Below, one piece after another: positions 52,620 through 64,000 of a DNA stretch of 64,000 nucleotides (positions are counted from its first letter, which is position 1; each line of letters starts with the position of its first letter). The notes under the pieces are model-generated. The model worked only from the letters and a program-made list of their open reading frames with translations, was not told the DNA's origin and did not search any database. Origin of the DNA: Malacoraja senta. Taxonomy: Eukaryota. The DNA is taken from the NCBI GenBank assembly GCA_038087875.1, contig CM075998.1, forward strand, positions 2,606,001-2,670,000, in the 5' to 3' direction. The translations under genes and the position numbers were made by a program.

Positions 52620-53225
52620 ACTGTAGACTGAGGAAATTCAGCATGTCTCCAATAACTTTTACAAACCTCTACAGATGCACTATAGAAAACATCATCACAG
52701 CTTGGTTTGGGACAGCTCTGCCCAAGACCACAAGAAATTGCAGAGAGTTGTGCTGTAGCCCAGAGACCAGACTCCCACCATTGACTTCATCTATACTTCA
52801 CGGTGCCTCAGACAAGCAGCCAACATAATCAAAGACTTGTCCTACCCCTGTAATTCCATCTTCTCTCTGTTCTCATCTGGCAGAAGATACAGAAGCTCGA
52901 ACGTGTGCACCATCAGACTCAGTGGCAGCTTCTTCCACTTCATTATCAGGCTCCTGAACGCTCATTTTGTACGCTAGGGTACTGTTCACCTCTACCGCAT
53001 TGTGGACATTAGACATTAGACCTTGTCTAAGGAACCAATGTGCTTCAATGCTGAGAACTATATTCCTCACTCTGTACTAGTGTGTATCCTATATTCTGCA
53101 CCCTTCACTCTAGCTATTGTATATGAGTTTGAACTGATTGTATCGATGAAGGGAATAACGGATCTGCTTGGATATCATGCAAAACAAACCTCTTCACTGT
53201 ACCTCGGTACATGTGGCAACAATAA
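52620..53225 (+). mobile_element. Degenerate Rex1-type 3' fragment
   Basis: RLRKFSMSPITFTNLYRCTIE...; GCAACAATAAA tail. Confidence 0.65.
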
Positions 53226-54443
53226 ATCCTTAAACGGGACAACATTTAGGTTATTAGTGTAGAGTAATTCAACTACTTCAGCACAGATTTACAATTTTTA
53301 TCCAGTTATAAATACCCATAGAGGTATAATACATATACATATATATATATATTGTCACTTCTACTTCCACAAGCACATCTTCAGCACACTAGGCTAATTG
53401 AGACATTATCAACACAGAGATTGACACACATACAGTGCTATCGTGCGTGCAATTTCTTCTGTAGTTTAATGCTTGAACACATTATCTCATCAGCACGCAT
53501 CAATGATGCACAGAGAGCTAATTTGCACGTGCCAATAGATAACGTGGGAACAAAGCTGTGCTGTGTGACCATATTGACTTGAACTATAATAATTTTAGCA
53601 TCGACAGGATTTCTGAAGTATCAACTGGATCTAGTTTTTAAAATGGACTTTCATTACAATCGGTAACTTTAGAGTCTTTGAATATATTTTCACCTCAAGC
53701 CCAGCCACAAATCTGCCCTGGGGCCTGCATCAACTCACTCCCATCCTGTTTGGGCTTGAAGAAATATTGGCAATCGTCAATCAAACTGGTCACAAAATAA
53801 CTTTTAGTAAAATCACTGACTTCAATGAAATTTTACCACTTGTACTGTAACTTGTAGCAGAAAATTAAAGGCCGACTGCAAATTGAAACCAGATAGCACA
53901 TCTTATCCCAGTTTGGCAGAACAAAAGTTATTTTTGCTCGGAACAGTTTATACTTAAAGATGATTTAGGCAAAAAAAAGAGAGTTAAACAGGATTACCCT
54001 TGTAATGGCAGGTGAATGAATATCTCATCAGCATCACAACACAATAGAGCTGTTCATGGTAGTAAAGCCGAAAGTTGCTTTTACACCCTGCTTTTACACA
54101 CTGCCTTTAGAGTAGTGAAGCAACTCAGATGCTTCACACGAATAATCTCAAACTAAATTTGATATCAGCACTAGCAATCAAAAGTTTGATTGAAGCGGCA
54201 AGTTGTAAGGAGCCTCAAAGTGGAAAGAGCAGGAAAGAAACAAAGTAAAATAGAGGAACTGGTTCTGGGAGGAAATTCCAGAGCTTAGTTACCACATATT
54301 CTTGGTCAACTAGGCCAAGGAATGGCAGATGAAATTTAATTCAGATACATGGTTGGTGGTGCATTTTAGTACAAAAAAGCCAGGTAAGGACTTGCACAGT
54401 AAATAAGAGAGTCCTTGGGAGTGTTGTAGAACAGACACACTTA

Positions 54444-54785
54444 TGGGCCAGTCCCACTTACGCGACTTTTTCGGCGACTGCCGGCACCCGTCATAGGTCG
54501 TTGCAGGTCGCCGAAAACTTTCAACATGTTGAAAATCCAGCGGCGACCAGAAAGACGCTCCGACTCTTTGGGCGACTGAGGAGACTACTCACGACCATAC
54601 AGGCGACACCCTGGCGACATGTCACGGGGATGAAGCCTCTATGGTCATGAGTAGTCGCCCAAAGAGTCGTACCTTGTTCTGGTTGCCGCTCGATTTTCAA
54701 CATGTTGTAAATTTTCGGCGACATGCAGCGACCTATGACGGGTACGGGCAGTCGCCGAAAAAGTTGCATAAGTGGGACAGGCCCA
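54444..54785. mobile_element. PIF/Harbinger-type palindromic MITE inside a CR1 remnant (~54300-55180)
   Basis: Long imperfect inverted arms starting TGGGCCAGTCCCACTTA / ending TAAGTGGGACAGGCCCA; TTA TSD. Removing it restores the CR1 reading ...HLGVQIHSSLKV. Confidence 0.82.
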
Positions 54786-56389
54786 TTAGGGGTGCAGATA
54801 CATAGTTCCTTGAAAGTGGTGACACAGGTAGACAGGGTGGTGGAGAATTCTTTTGGCATTGAATGCATGCTTGCCTTCATCAGTCAGAGGTTGGGATGTC
54901 ATGTTACATCGGTATAAGATGTTGGTAAGGCCACATTTTGGAGTTCTGTGCACAGTTCTGGTCATCCTGCTATGGGAAGGATGTAATTAAATAGGAGAGG
55001 GTGCAATAAAGATCCTCGAACTTGAGGGTTTGAGTTAAGGAGAGGCTGGATAGGCCTGGATATTTTTCCCTGGAGCGTTGGAGGTTGAGGATGATCTTAC
55101 AGTGGTATATTAAAAAAATTAGGGTCATAGATACGGTGAATATCCACAGTCTTTTCACCAGGGTAGCAGAGTCTAAGACTATCCACCCACCCACATGATC
55201 ACACCCTATCTGCACAAGTCTGCGGTTCCTGCATTGGCCTCCTCAATCACCAAACCAAAAAATAAGACCCCACTGAGTAGAAACAAGTCATCTTCAATCC
55301 TCAGGTACTGCTGAAAGAAATGTCTAAGATGCATATGTAACTTGACAGCCCAGAGGGGAACCTTTAGTGCAACGTATGTGACAGGAAATGATCGCGCCTT
55401 GTATAGCTTGGTTGTACAACAATACATTAGTGCATGAAGTCCTTTGAAGGTGCAAGCGTGGCTGACTGCTAGTTATATGTTACAGCTGTAATTTGTTCCC
55501 TGTGGGCTTTCAGGGTCAGCTGTACGGTTGAGCAAAGGCCTGTCACGGGTATAACAGACTGCCCAACAATAGTCTATTTACGTGGGAGCATCCACATACA
55601 AATGTAACTGTAATGAACAGAAATAACACTAATAGGTTTGTGTAGGAAGGAACCGCAGATGCTGGTTTAAACCGAAGATGGATACAAAAAGCTGGAGTAA
55701 TTCAGCAGGACCGGCAGAGAAGGAATGGGTGACGTTTCCGGCGGCGATATGTGTATTTGTGAGTATGTGTACTTTTTTTTTCTCTCGTTTATCATATTAT
55801 TTACAGTGTACTATGTTTACATACTCTGTTGTGCTGCAGCTAGTAATAATTTCATTGTTCTATTTGGGCCATATGACAATAAAACACTTGACTCGACCCT
55901 CGACCTATGTTGTGGTGGCTGGATTGCATTCAGCAATACCTGGGGATTTAGAGGGAGCGATGATGAGGCAAAGGGGGAGGGATTAACATTGTAGATCAAA
56001 TTTGTAGATTATTAGGAATTTTTCCTGTTAAACTAGACAGGAAGACAGATCTGCACTTCAAGATAGAAGGAGTCATACTGTTGGCTCAAAGCACAAGACA
56101 GTAATTGGAATTCAATTAAAGCAATTTCAGAGGGGGATGGACTAAACTGTTGGCAAACACAAAGGAGAAATTAATCCTATTGAGGGTAAAGAGAGAGGGG
56201 TTTAAATAAGGAAAGGAATGTGTTGAGGGATAAGGTTAAATGTCTTTATACTAACACAGAGTAGTTAGCATATTACCTTCAACCGATATCCCAGGTACAT
56301 TGGTACCTCTTCCACCATCTTACACATACATTACTGGTATCACTGGCGTGCTCTTACTGCTGTGTGTTCCAGCCACAAATTGTACCATA

Positions 56390-56770
56390 ATCATAAGGCC
56401 AAAAGACAGGAGCATAATTATGCCATTTGGCCCATTGTCCCGCTCAGTTACTCCAGCTTTTTGTGTCTATCCTTGGTTTAAACCAGCATCTGCAGTTCCT
56501 TCTTGCACATGGCTGATCTATTTTTCCCTCTCGACCCCATTCTCCTGCCTTCTCCCCATAGCCTTTGATGCCCTTACTAATCAAGAACCGATCAATCTCT
56601 GCTTTAAAAAAACCCCGAAGACTTGGCCTCCACAGCCGTCCATGGCAATGAATTCCACAGATTCACCGCCCTCTGGCAAAATAAATTTGTCTTAATCTCC
56701 ATTCCAAAGGTACGTCCTTTTATTCGGAGATTGTGCCCTCCGGTTCTAGGCCCTCACATTACTGGAAACA
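56390..56770 (-). mobile_element. CR1 3' fragment with a nested Penelope-derived piece (~56438-56505)
   Basis: Reverse CR1 tail interrupted by CTCAGTTACTCCAGC...GCATCTGCAGTTCCTT. Confidence 0.6.
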
Positions 56771-57594
56771 ATGCAACGCAGCAACTTGGCTAGGTTACTT
56801 TGAAAACACCTCCCAAATCGACAACCTCTACCACCAAAAGGTTCGGGCACACAAGACCACCGCCCACTGTATATTCCCCTCCAGTTCATGCATCATCCTG
56901 ACTTTGAAGTAGATCATTGCTCCAACATTGTCATGGAGTCTAAATGCTAGAACCCTCTACCCGACAGCACTGTGGGACAGCCTTGACTAGACATGTGTAA
57001 CAGTTTAAGGCAGCAGCTCACTAACCCGTTCTAAAGGTGCAATTGGGAATGGAAAATGGGTGCTGGCTTTGCTAGCCACATATATATCCCATAAATATAT
57101 TTAAAACATGGCAAGGGTAAAAGTGGACAAGAGATGGAGCTGGAAGCCCACAGAATGCTTCACAGAGATAGCCCAAGATTGATGATTTAAAGACATTCTT
57201 TATTTAAAGTAGTTCAGGATTTGTTTTCACTGGTGATAAGAAGATTGAGAGATGACATCATTGAGATATATGACAGGTATAGATGATATAGATGAAAGCA
57301 GATGATTTGACTGCAGTTCAAGTCACATAACCGGAGAACACAAACGCTAAATAGACATGCCTTGGCAAGACTGGAGATTAGAAGTCATTTGTTCCCTTAA
57401 TAACAGAGAATGCCATGCAGATTTATTTCTGTAATGGGCTCCATAATGATCTAGTTAACAGCAGAACGGAAAGGTACAAAGAGTTAAGTATAGACACAGT
57501 CACATGTTGTGCAGAACATTATGGCGTCATCATTGCTTGGGGCATTGACACATCAGCTATGGACATTGTCAGTAAGGGTCGGCCAATGATTATC

Positions 57595-57783
57595 GTAGTC
57601 ATAAAGCACAGAAATAGGCCCTTCGGCCCAACTCGTCCATGCCGACCCATCTGAGCTCGTCCCATTTACGTGCATTTGGCCCATATCCCTCTAAACCTTT
57701 CCTATCCCATGTATCTATCCAAGTGTCTTTTAAATGTCGTTATTGTACCTGCCTCAACTACTTCTTCTGGCAACTCGTCCATA
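57595..57783 (-). mobile_element. CR1 3' tail
   Basis: ELPEEVVEAGTITTFKRHLDRYMG. Confidence 0.7.
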
Positions 57784-60135
57784 ATCCTTGGATCTTTCAA
57801 CGTCCAACATAATGGAGCAACTTTGACAGGGAGCTTTTCATGAAGAATCATTCTTGGGCTGTTGGAGCTCCAATTTAGTCCCCTGTTTCTTGTACTCACA
57901 GGTCCGTGGTGAGAGACATGATATCGATGTACACGACCAAGCCATGGAAAATGAGCAGCAAAAGCCTCACCATAATGGCACTGGAACAAATTGATTACTG
58001 ACACGAAGAAAAGTTTGTAAGATGTTGGCTTTCGCAAGGGAACGGTGACTTCGAAAGTTGAAATGTCCAAGATATGGAATGACGAAGATAAATGGGAAAA
58101 GATTGTTTCACTGGTTGGCAACTTAACAACACGGAAGTAAAGATGAAGATTTTCATTTTCATTGGAAGGCACAGCCTCACAAAAGGACCAGTAGATTATG
58201 ACGAATGAAGCAGAAACAATTGAACAAGAAAATAGGGAATGACATAGAAATTTGAAAATACTATAAAAATAAAAAAATAAATCACCTTTGCTAATTGCCT
58301 TTGCTAATGCGGTCCCTTGGGTTAGAGGCGTCGATAGACCAAATCAAGAGCAAGAAAGGCTCAGTGGATCTAGTGGTATGCTCACTGCCTCAAGTCTGTT
58401 CAAAAACAATCAGCACCTACTCCTACTCCTTATGATTGGGTGTAAATTTAGGATTCCCACATCAGTGATTTTGAATGTGAAAGACCTACAGATGAGCACC
58501 ATTGTTCTCTGACACTCAATTTCTCACGAGCCCAGAAGTGGAGCACAAAGCTCGGCATAACCAATTTTTAATTGTTTGTGAACATCAGAAACATTGACAA
58601 TTATTTAACCAGCAGTCAGGGCTGTTCAGGGGTGGGGCTTATGAAGGGAAGCTGGCATGCTGTGCTTTGCCAATCAACCCGGGAGTAGTCATGTCTGGGG
58701 CCCCACTTCAGGCAAGAGCAAGATTAACAGGCAGGAAACTGGCAAGCACGGGTGGTGAGCCATCCTGTGGAAGGTTTGGGCCAGCGATTCAAAACATACA
58801 TGCCACCGACGCCTTCTCCATTTTGTTCTGTCCTGGTACTTGAAACCTCCTAAACTCTATCAGTCTTCCTACTGATTGTTAAAACCTAATCTTGACGCCC
58901 ACTCTTCACTGCTTCTCGAGGACCACTTATCATGTTCTCTCTCCTATTTTCAATCTTAGCCTAGTCCTTTGCTTCATTCACTTACAGGATTATTGCTGGC
59001 ATTTACTGCACAAGCCCAATTGCCTTAGAGAAGGTGGTGATGAGCCACCTTCTTCAATAACTGCAATCAGTCTACAATTGAAGCTACTCCCACAGTGCTG
59101 GGAGGCCCAAGATTTAGACCCAGTGACAATGAAACAACAGTGATATTGTGCAATCTGGAGATAGGGTGATTTCCCCCAGCATCTCCTACCCTATCATTCC
59201 CCTATGTCAGGTAGTAGAAGTCAAGGGTTTGGGAGTTGCATACCCTTGCACTGTGAACCTTCATCAAATCCCTGCTTTATTTTGCTCAAAACTTGATTGC
59301 CAACTCATATTATAATTCATATTAGAATCATATTAGAATGACAATAATAAACTAAACTAAATCTAAAACAATGTTTTCAGTTTATCTCAAACTATGGAAC
59401 AAACAGTGATGCATGTTCACACATGCAGATCTGCAAACACGGATTTCCTTTGATACATTATCAAACGAGTGCAGCAAGCTAAACAACAGTTGGCACGATA
59501 ATACCAGAAAATAGTGTCAAACAAGTTGTAAACTATACTAATGATGGGTTATGATACCAAGTACTCTGCCAAGAATAACTTCCTTGCTTGAAACAAATAG
59601 TCTTTCAAAATTGTAATTCTCAAAATTCACCATAAGCTCAAGAATAACATATCAGAAAGTAAAATCAGTAGCTTGAAAACTGGCCCTGGGTTCATCTCTT
59701 CCTCTCGGGGAAACATTAGCACGCAAAAAAATGCAACTTAGAGGGAGACAAGAAATTTCAGTCTGTTTTTATGCACCATTTCTGAGACTATTATTCTTGG
59801 ATTTTATTTCTGTTTTTTGAGTAAACAAATCTTGAGTAAGATTTCAAAGTCGAACTTTTTTTTCCTTGGCAACGGCCAGCTTTGCACATATGTTAAGCCT
59901 TGTGAATAATATATTGCAGAACTGGAGATTAGTGACCAAGATTGTGACAATCATTTGGAGAATCTGCAGGCATTTCTATCATATGCTGACCAATAAAGAG
60001 AACTTGAACCAGCTCCAAACTGCGCATAAATGTGCCAAAAGACCATCTGATGTGCAGCAAAAACAAAATCACCTCTCTTCCACACTGCGACATCTAGTGG
60101 AGCAAAAATAGAGTCGGAGATTGATTGTGGAGTAG

Positions 60136-60228
60136 GTAGACAAAAATGCTGGAGAAACTCAGCGGGTGCAGCAGCATCTATGGAGCGAAGGAAATAGGCA
60201 ACGTTTCGGGCCGAAACCCTTCTTCAGA
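60136..60228 (-). mobile_element. Penelope 3' end with intact hammerhead core
   Basis: Reverse complement CTGAAGAAGGGTTTCGGCCCGAAACGTT; flanked by a GATTGTGGAGTAG repeat (candidate TSD). Confidence 0.75.
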
Positions 60229-61591
60229 TTGTGGAGTAGCGTTTGCATTATCTTTTAAGGATGGTGGTTATGGTTTTGGCAGCCCACAGGAGGTAATTCT
60301 TCAAAACATCGCTTCCGTAATGAGTTGTGATCAAAATCTGAGTTCTCTATACTATAGAGAGTGAGAGATTGATGCACAGCGCCCGAATATGGCTCAGGCC
60401 CTTAGGTAGGCCTTGTTTAGAGCACATTTATAGACCGCAAAAGAATTCCTGGGGGCAGGATGTTACATCAATTCCCACTTCCAAAAGAAATCAAATCCCA
60501 TTTTCACCTTTGGCTTACTTCTTACTATTTGAAGTAACATCAGCAAGAAATAAAAAAGTCTTCACGGCTTTAACAAAGTAATGATTATTCCAAAACCAAG
60601 TGCCCCGTTTTGTAGTTTTGGGGAGGGCAGAGGCAATATATTTCAGTGCAATTCAGGAACCACTTGAATTCCCAGAATGGCAATGTCCAAGCAGAACTGA
60701 TGATTTTCCTTCAAGCTCTGGAGCAGTGACACTCATTAATGGGTCCAATTGTGGCCCAGGAAAAGGAACAGAAAAATGAACATTTTGGCCCTCCAATCCA
60801 TCCCACCATTCAATTTGAACAGAATTCAGCCTAATTGATCTGTTTAATCAACATTTTGTTCCATTAATATTCTGGTTGAAAATTTGTTAATTAACAACCC
60901 CTTCCCCAGCCAAATTCCTAATGTCAATAGTTTTTAAAGGGGAGAATATTCCAGATTTCACTTACCTAACTAGATAGTTTTCAATCTACCTATCCAGACT
61001 TCACCTACCTATCATGTTCATCTATACAGGAGATAAGTAGGTTGAATCTCTCTACATCAGCGTCTATATCTCTCGTTTCCCTCTCCCCTGACTCTCAGTC
61101 TGAAGAAGGGTCTAGGCCTGAAACGACTCCCATTCCTTCTCTCCAGAGATGCTGCCTCCCCCGAGTTTACTTGCCCGGGGTATTGGTGCCTCTCCTTTCC
61201 AACGTATTCAGCAAGACGGTGGAGTGGGAATGTTGCTAAGCGACGGGGTCATCGCAGGGTCTGGGCAGCGAGTAAAGACCCTCGTTTAAAAAAAGAGAAT
61301 TAAACTAATTAACACGGCTTTTGCTTCTTAATCGTCATCTGCTTCTTACTTACGCAAGACCTAAAAGGAGCGGCCTCCCAGCATCGTCCGCCAAGGGTCT
61401 GGCCCTCCTGGATTGCTTGAAAGAAAATTGGGCTCTTACTGGACAGGTTCTAAATAACTACGCTTATATTCAGTATTTAAAAAATAAATAAATGCAGTGC
61501 TATATATTAGCTGGGCCTTGTATTTAATTTCAGATTGTAACCAGTTTGTCCAGGAAATATGCAGCCACAAGACACTGTAGATTGACTTTCA

Positions 61592-62050
61592 ACACAAAAT
61601 GCTGGAGTAACTCAGCGGGTCAGGCAGCATCTGTGGAGAACATGGATAGGTGACGTTTCACAGAGTGCTGGAGTAACTCAGCGGGTCAGGCAGCATCTGT
61701 GGAGAACATGGATAGGTGACGTTTCACAGAGTGCTGGAGTAACTCAGCGGGTCAGGCAGCATCTGTGGAGAACATGGATAGGTGACGTTTCACAGAGTGC
61801 TGGAGTAACTCAGCGGGTCAGGCAGCATCTGTGGAGAACATGGATAGGTGACGTTTCACAGAATGCTGGAGTAACTCAGTGGGTCAGGCAGCATCTGTGG
61901 AGAACATGGATAGGTGACGTTTCACAGAGTGCTGGAGTAACTCAGCGGGTCAGGCAGCTTCTCTGGAGAACATGGATAGGTGGCAATGGAGGGAATGGAC
62001 AGACGATGTTTCAACTCGTGCAACCCGATCCGCTGAGTTTCTCCAGCACT
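61592..62050. repeat. Second 66-bp tandem array (~6 units) of the same Penelope-derived unit
   Basis: TGCTGG starts at 61600, 61666, 61732, 61798, 61864, 61930; unit identical to the 29-kb array. Confidence 0.92.
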
Positions 62051-62190
62051 TGGTTTCTTTTTTCATCCCAGGAACATAACATTTCCAGCCACAACTAACG
62101 GCTGACGTACATTTACCCATGCCGTCCTGAACATATGCGTCGTTATTGAAAAGAGCCAGTCCAATCCGAGCCCAACTACTTAATTTTCTT

Positions 62191-62680
62191 GTTTAAGAAG
62201 GAACTGCAGATGCTGGAAAATCGAAGGTAGACAAAAGTGCTGGAGAAACTCAGCGGGTGAGGCAGCATCTATGGAGTGAAGGAAATAGGGAACGTTTCAG
62301 GCCGAAACCCTTCTTCAGACCCTTAATTTTCTTTCAAGACTGAACCAACCCAAATCCTTACAGATATGGACTGGATCCATCGGTCCTGAGATGGCCAGGC
62401 CGCGTTCGGATCAAGTATTAATTTACATCAAGAATGTATTCTTTTAATTTAAGACAGGTGTGTGCGCAGTTTTAAAACCAAGTAAGATTGTATAGAAAAG
62501 AACTGCCGATGCTGGTTTAAATCGAAGATAAGACACAAAATGCTGGAGTAACTCTGCGGGTCAGGCAACATCTCTGGAGAAAAGGAATGGGTGATGTTTC
62601 GGGTCGAGACACTTCTTCAGAAGAACGTCACCCATTCCTTCTCTCTAGAGTTGCTGCCTGTCCGGCTGAGTTACTCCAGG
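62191..62680. mobile_element. Two further Penelope-derived elements (~62191-62320, ~62491-62680)
   Basis: Same consensus (AACTGCAGATGCTGG...GAAACCCTTCTTCAG). Confidence 0.7.
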
Positions 62681-64000
62681 CCATAAGACTATTGAACTCA
62701 CAATCAAACTGATGCTAGAATTTTCTTATACATTGCCACTTTAAAAAACTTTCCTTTTTTTAACTATGCACATGAAGCACTTTTTTATGGACACACTAAG
62801 CACTTTTACTGATCGCCTGATATAAATGTTATATTCTGCTGCTACTTTGAAGAGTCAATGCAACGAAATTTCGTTCAATGTGCACTGTGTCTATGTGTAT
62901 ACCTGAATGACAATTAAAGTTATATTCATTCATTACTCCAGCTTTTTGTGTCTAAGATTTTCTGGTGATGCGTTATTAAGTATCTTAATCAAATTTTACT
63001 TCATTTTTAATATAAATCGAACCGTGACAATATTTCCCAACAATCAAATGTTGGAAATCATTTTTCTTTCCTCACATCAACTTCCGTTTTGTTTGCTAAC
63101 GTCAAAGCATTTTGCAACGCTAAAAGACAATCTCAGTGGATATAATTGTTCTGCAATTTGTGACTACACCTGCGAATGTGCTGTGTAGCGTGCAGTGTAT
63201 ACAGTGAAGAATAAATCGTGTTTTTTAATCAATTAAATCAACAGTGACAGAGGCACCAGGGGCGCAGAGCTAAATATCCAGTCTCCTCTGAACTCCGCAA
63301 TTTATTTGTTTCAGAGGTGCTGGTTGTTAAACATTAACCGGCGAATCCGTACTCCTTTGGAGCAGAAGCATGCCACACCTCAAAGAATTGTCAGCTCCCT
63401 CTGATCAGAATTTAGAGTGAGTGCCGTTCGGCGGAGGTCAGGTGAAGTGCATAAGTGTTCACCACACCACCCCGAGGGGAGTAAAATGTACTCGTTCAGT
63501 CATACCTGTTACACAGCGCTGCCTCATAGTGTCAACTCAAAGACAGTGGGCTCCATTGTTCCCCCGGCACAGCCTTGCGAGAGCCTGCACTCTCCCTGTT
63601 TGGACACGAAGCGCCACAGATCGATCCTCACATAAGTCAAATTGCTAGAATGCTTGCCCCCCCCTCCCATCTCCTTCCCTTCTCTCCCCTTCAATTTCAG
63701 GTAAAATAAGAAGACTCCATTATCTGCCACGGGGTGGATAGTAATTAAGTGGGATTTAATAGTTTCAGGTTTTTGAATGGTTCGCCAGGGGGCATGAGGC
63801 AATGGGCAGTAATCTCCTAATGCTTGTTTGAAGACAGATAACTCAGATCGATGCAGGGAGATGATGAGACTTCTATGCACTTGAGCACAGATACGTACAT
63901 TTCTCCAGAGATGCTGCCTGACCGGCTGAGTTACTCCAACCTTGTCTGTCTATCTTACGTGCATCTCTTTGTGCTTTGTGATAATGGGACGTTCCTGTTT

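Noticed and set aside
49520..64000. WNT10B exons expected by synteny
   Set aside because: No Wnt cysteine-pattern motifs seen; the gene probably lies beyond the window.

Overview
Eukaryotic, repeat-rich vertebrate DNA, most likely a cartilaginous fish (skate/ray-like; inferred from the CR1, V-SINE and Penelope repeat landscape). I reconstructed three spliced genes from GT-AG junctions. (1) The last three coding exons of CCDC65/DRC2 (+). (2) A complete 6-exon FKBP11 (-, 189 aa). (3) A complete ARF3-like class I ARF (-, 179 aa, four coding exons plus a non-coding exon 1 in a CpG island at ~49.4 kb). The order and orientation match my recollection of the human CCDC65-FKBP11-ARF3(-WNT10B) block. 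The rest is mobile DNA: an apparently intact 5' half of a Rex1/Babar LINE missed by the ORF track, many CR1 3' ends, Penelope-like (GIY-YIG) fragments, a decayed IR/DR Tc1 transposon, hAT and Harbinger MITEs, a non-autonomous Helitron, V-SINEs and a Tx1 fragment. Highlights: about 20 Penelope-derived elements, many carrying a hammerhead-ribozyme core and arranged as palindromes or 66-bp tandem arrays; a signal-peptide-like segment plus a YxxxxLL (eIF4E-binding-like) motif at the Rex1 ORF N-terminus; an unusually diverged ARF3 with a splice-spanning uORF; and a ~99% identical 898-bp local duplication with microhomology junctions. No database searches were run. Family names and comparisons to human proteins are from recalled motifs, and repeat boundaries are approximate.
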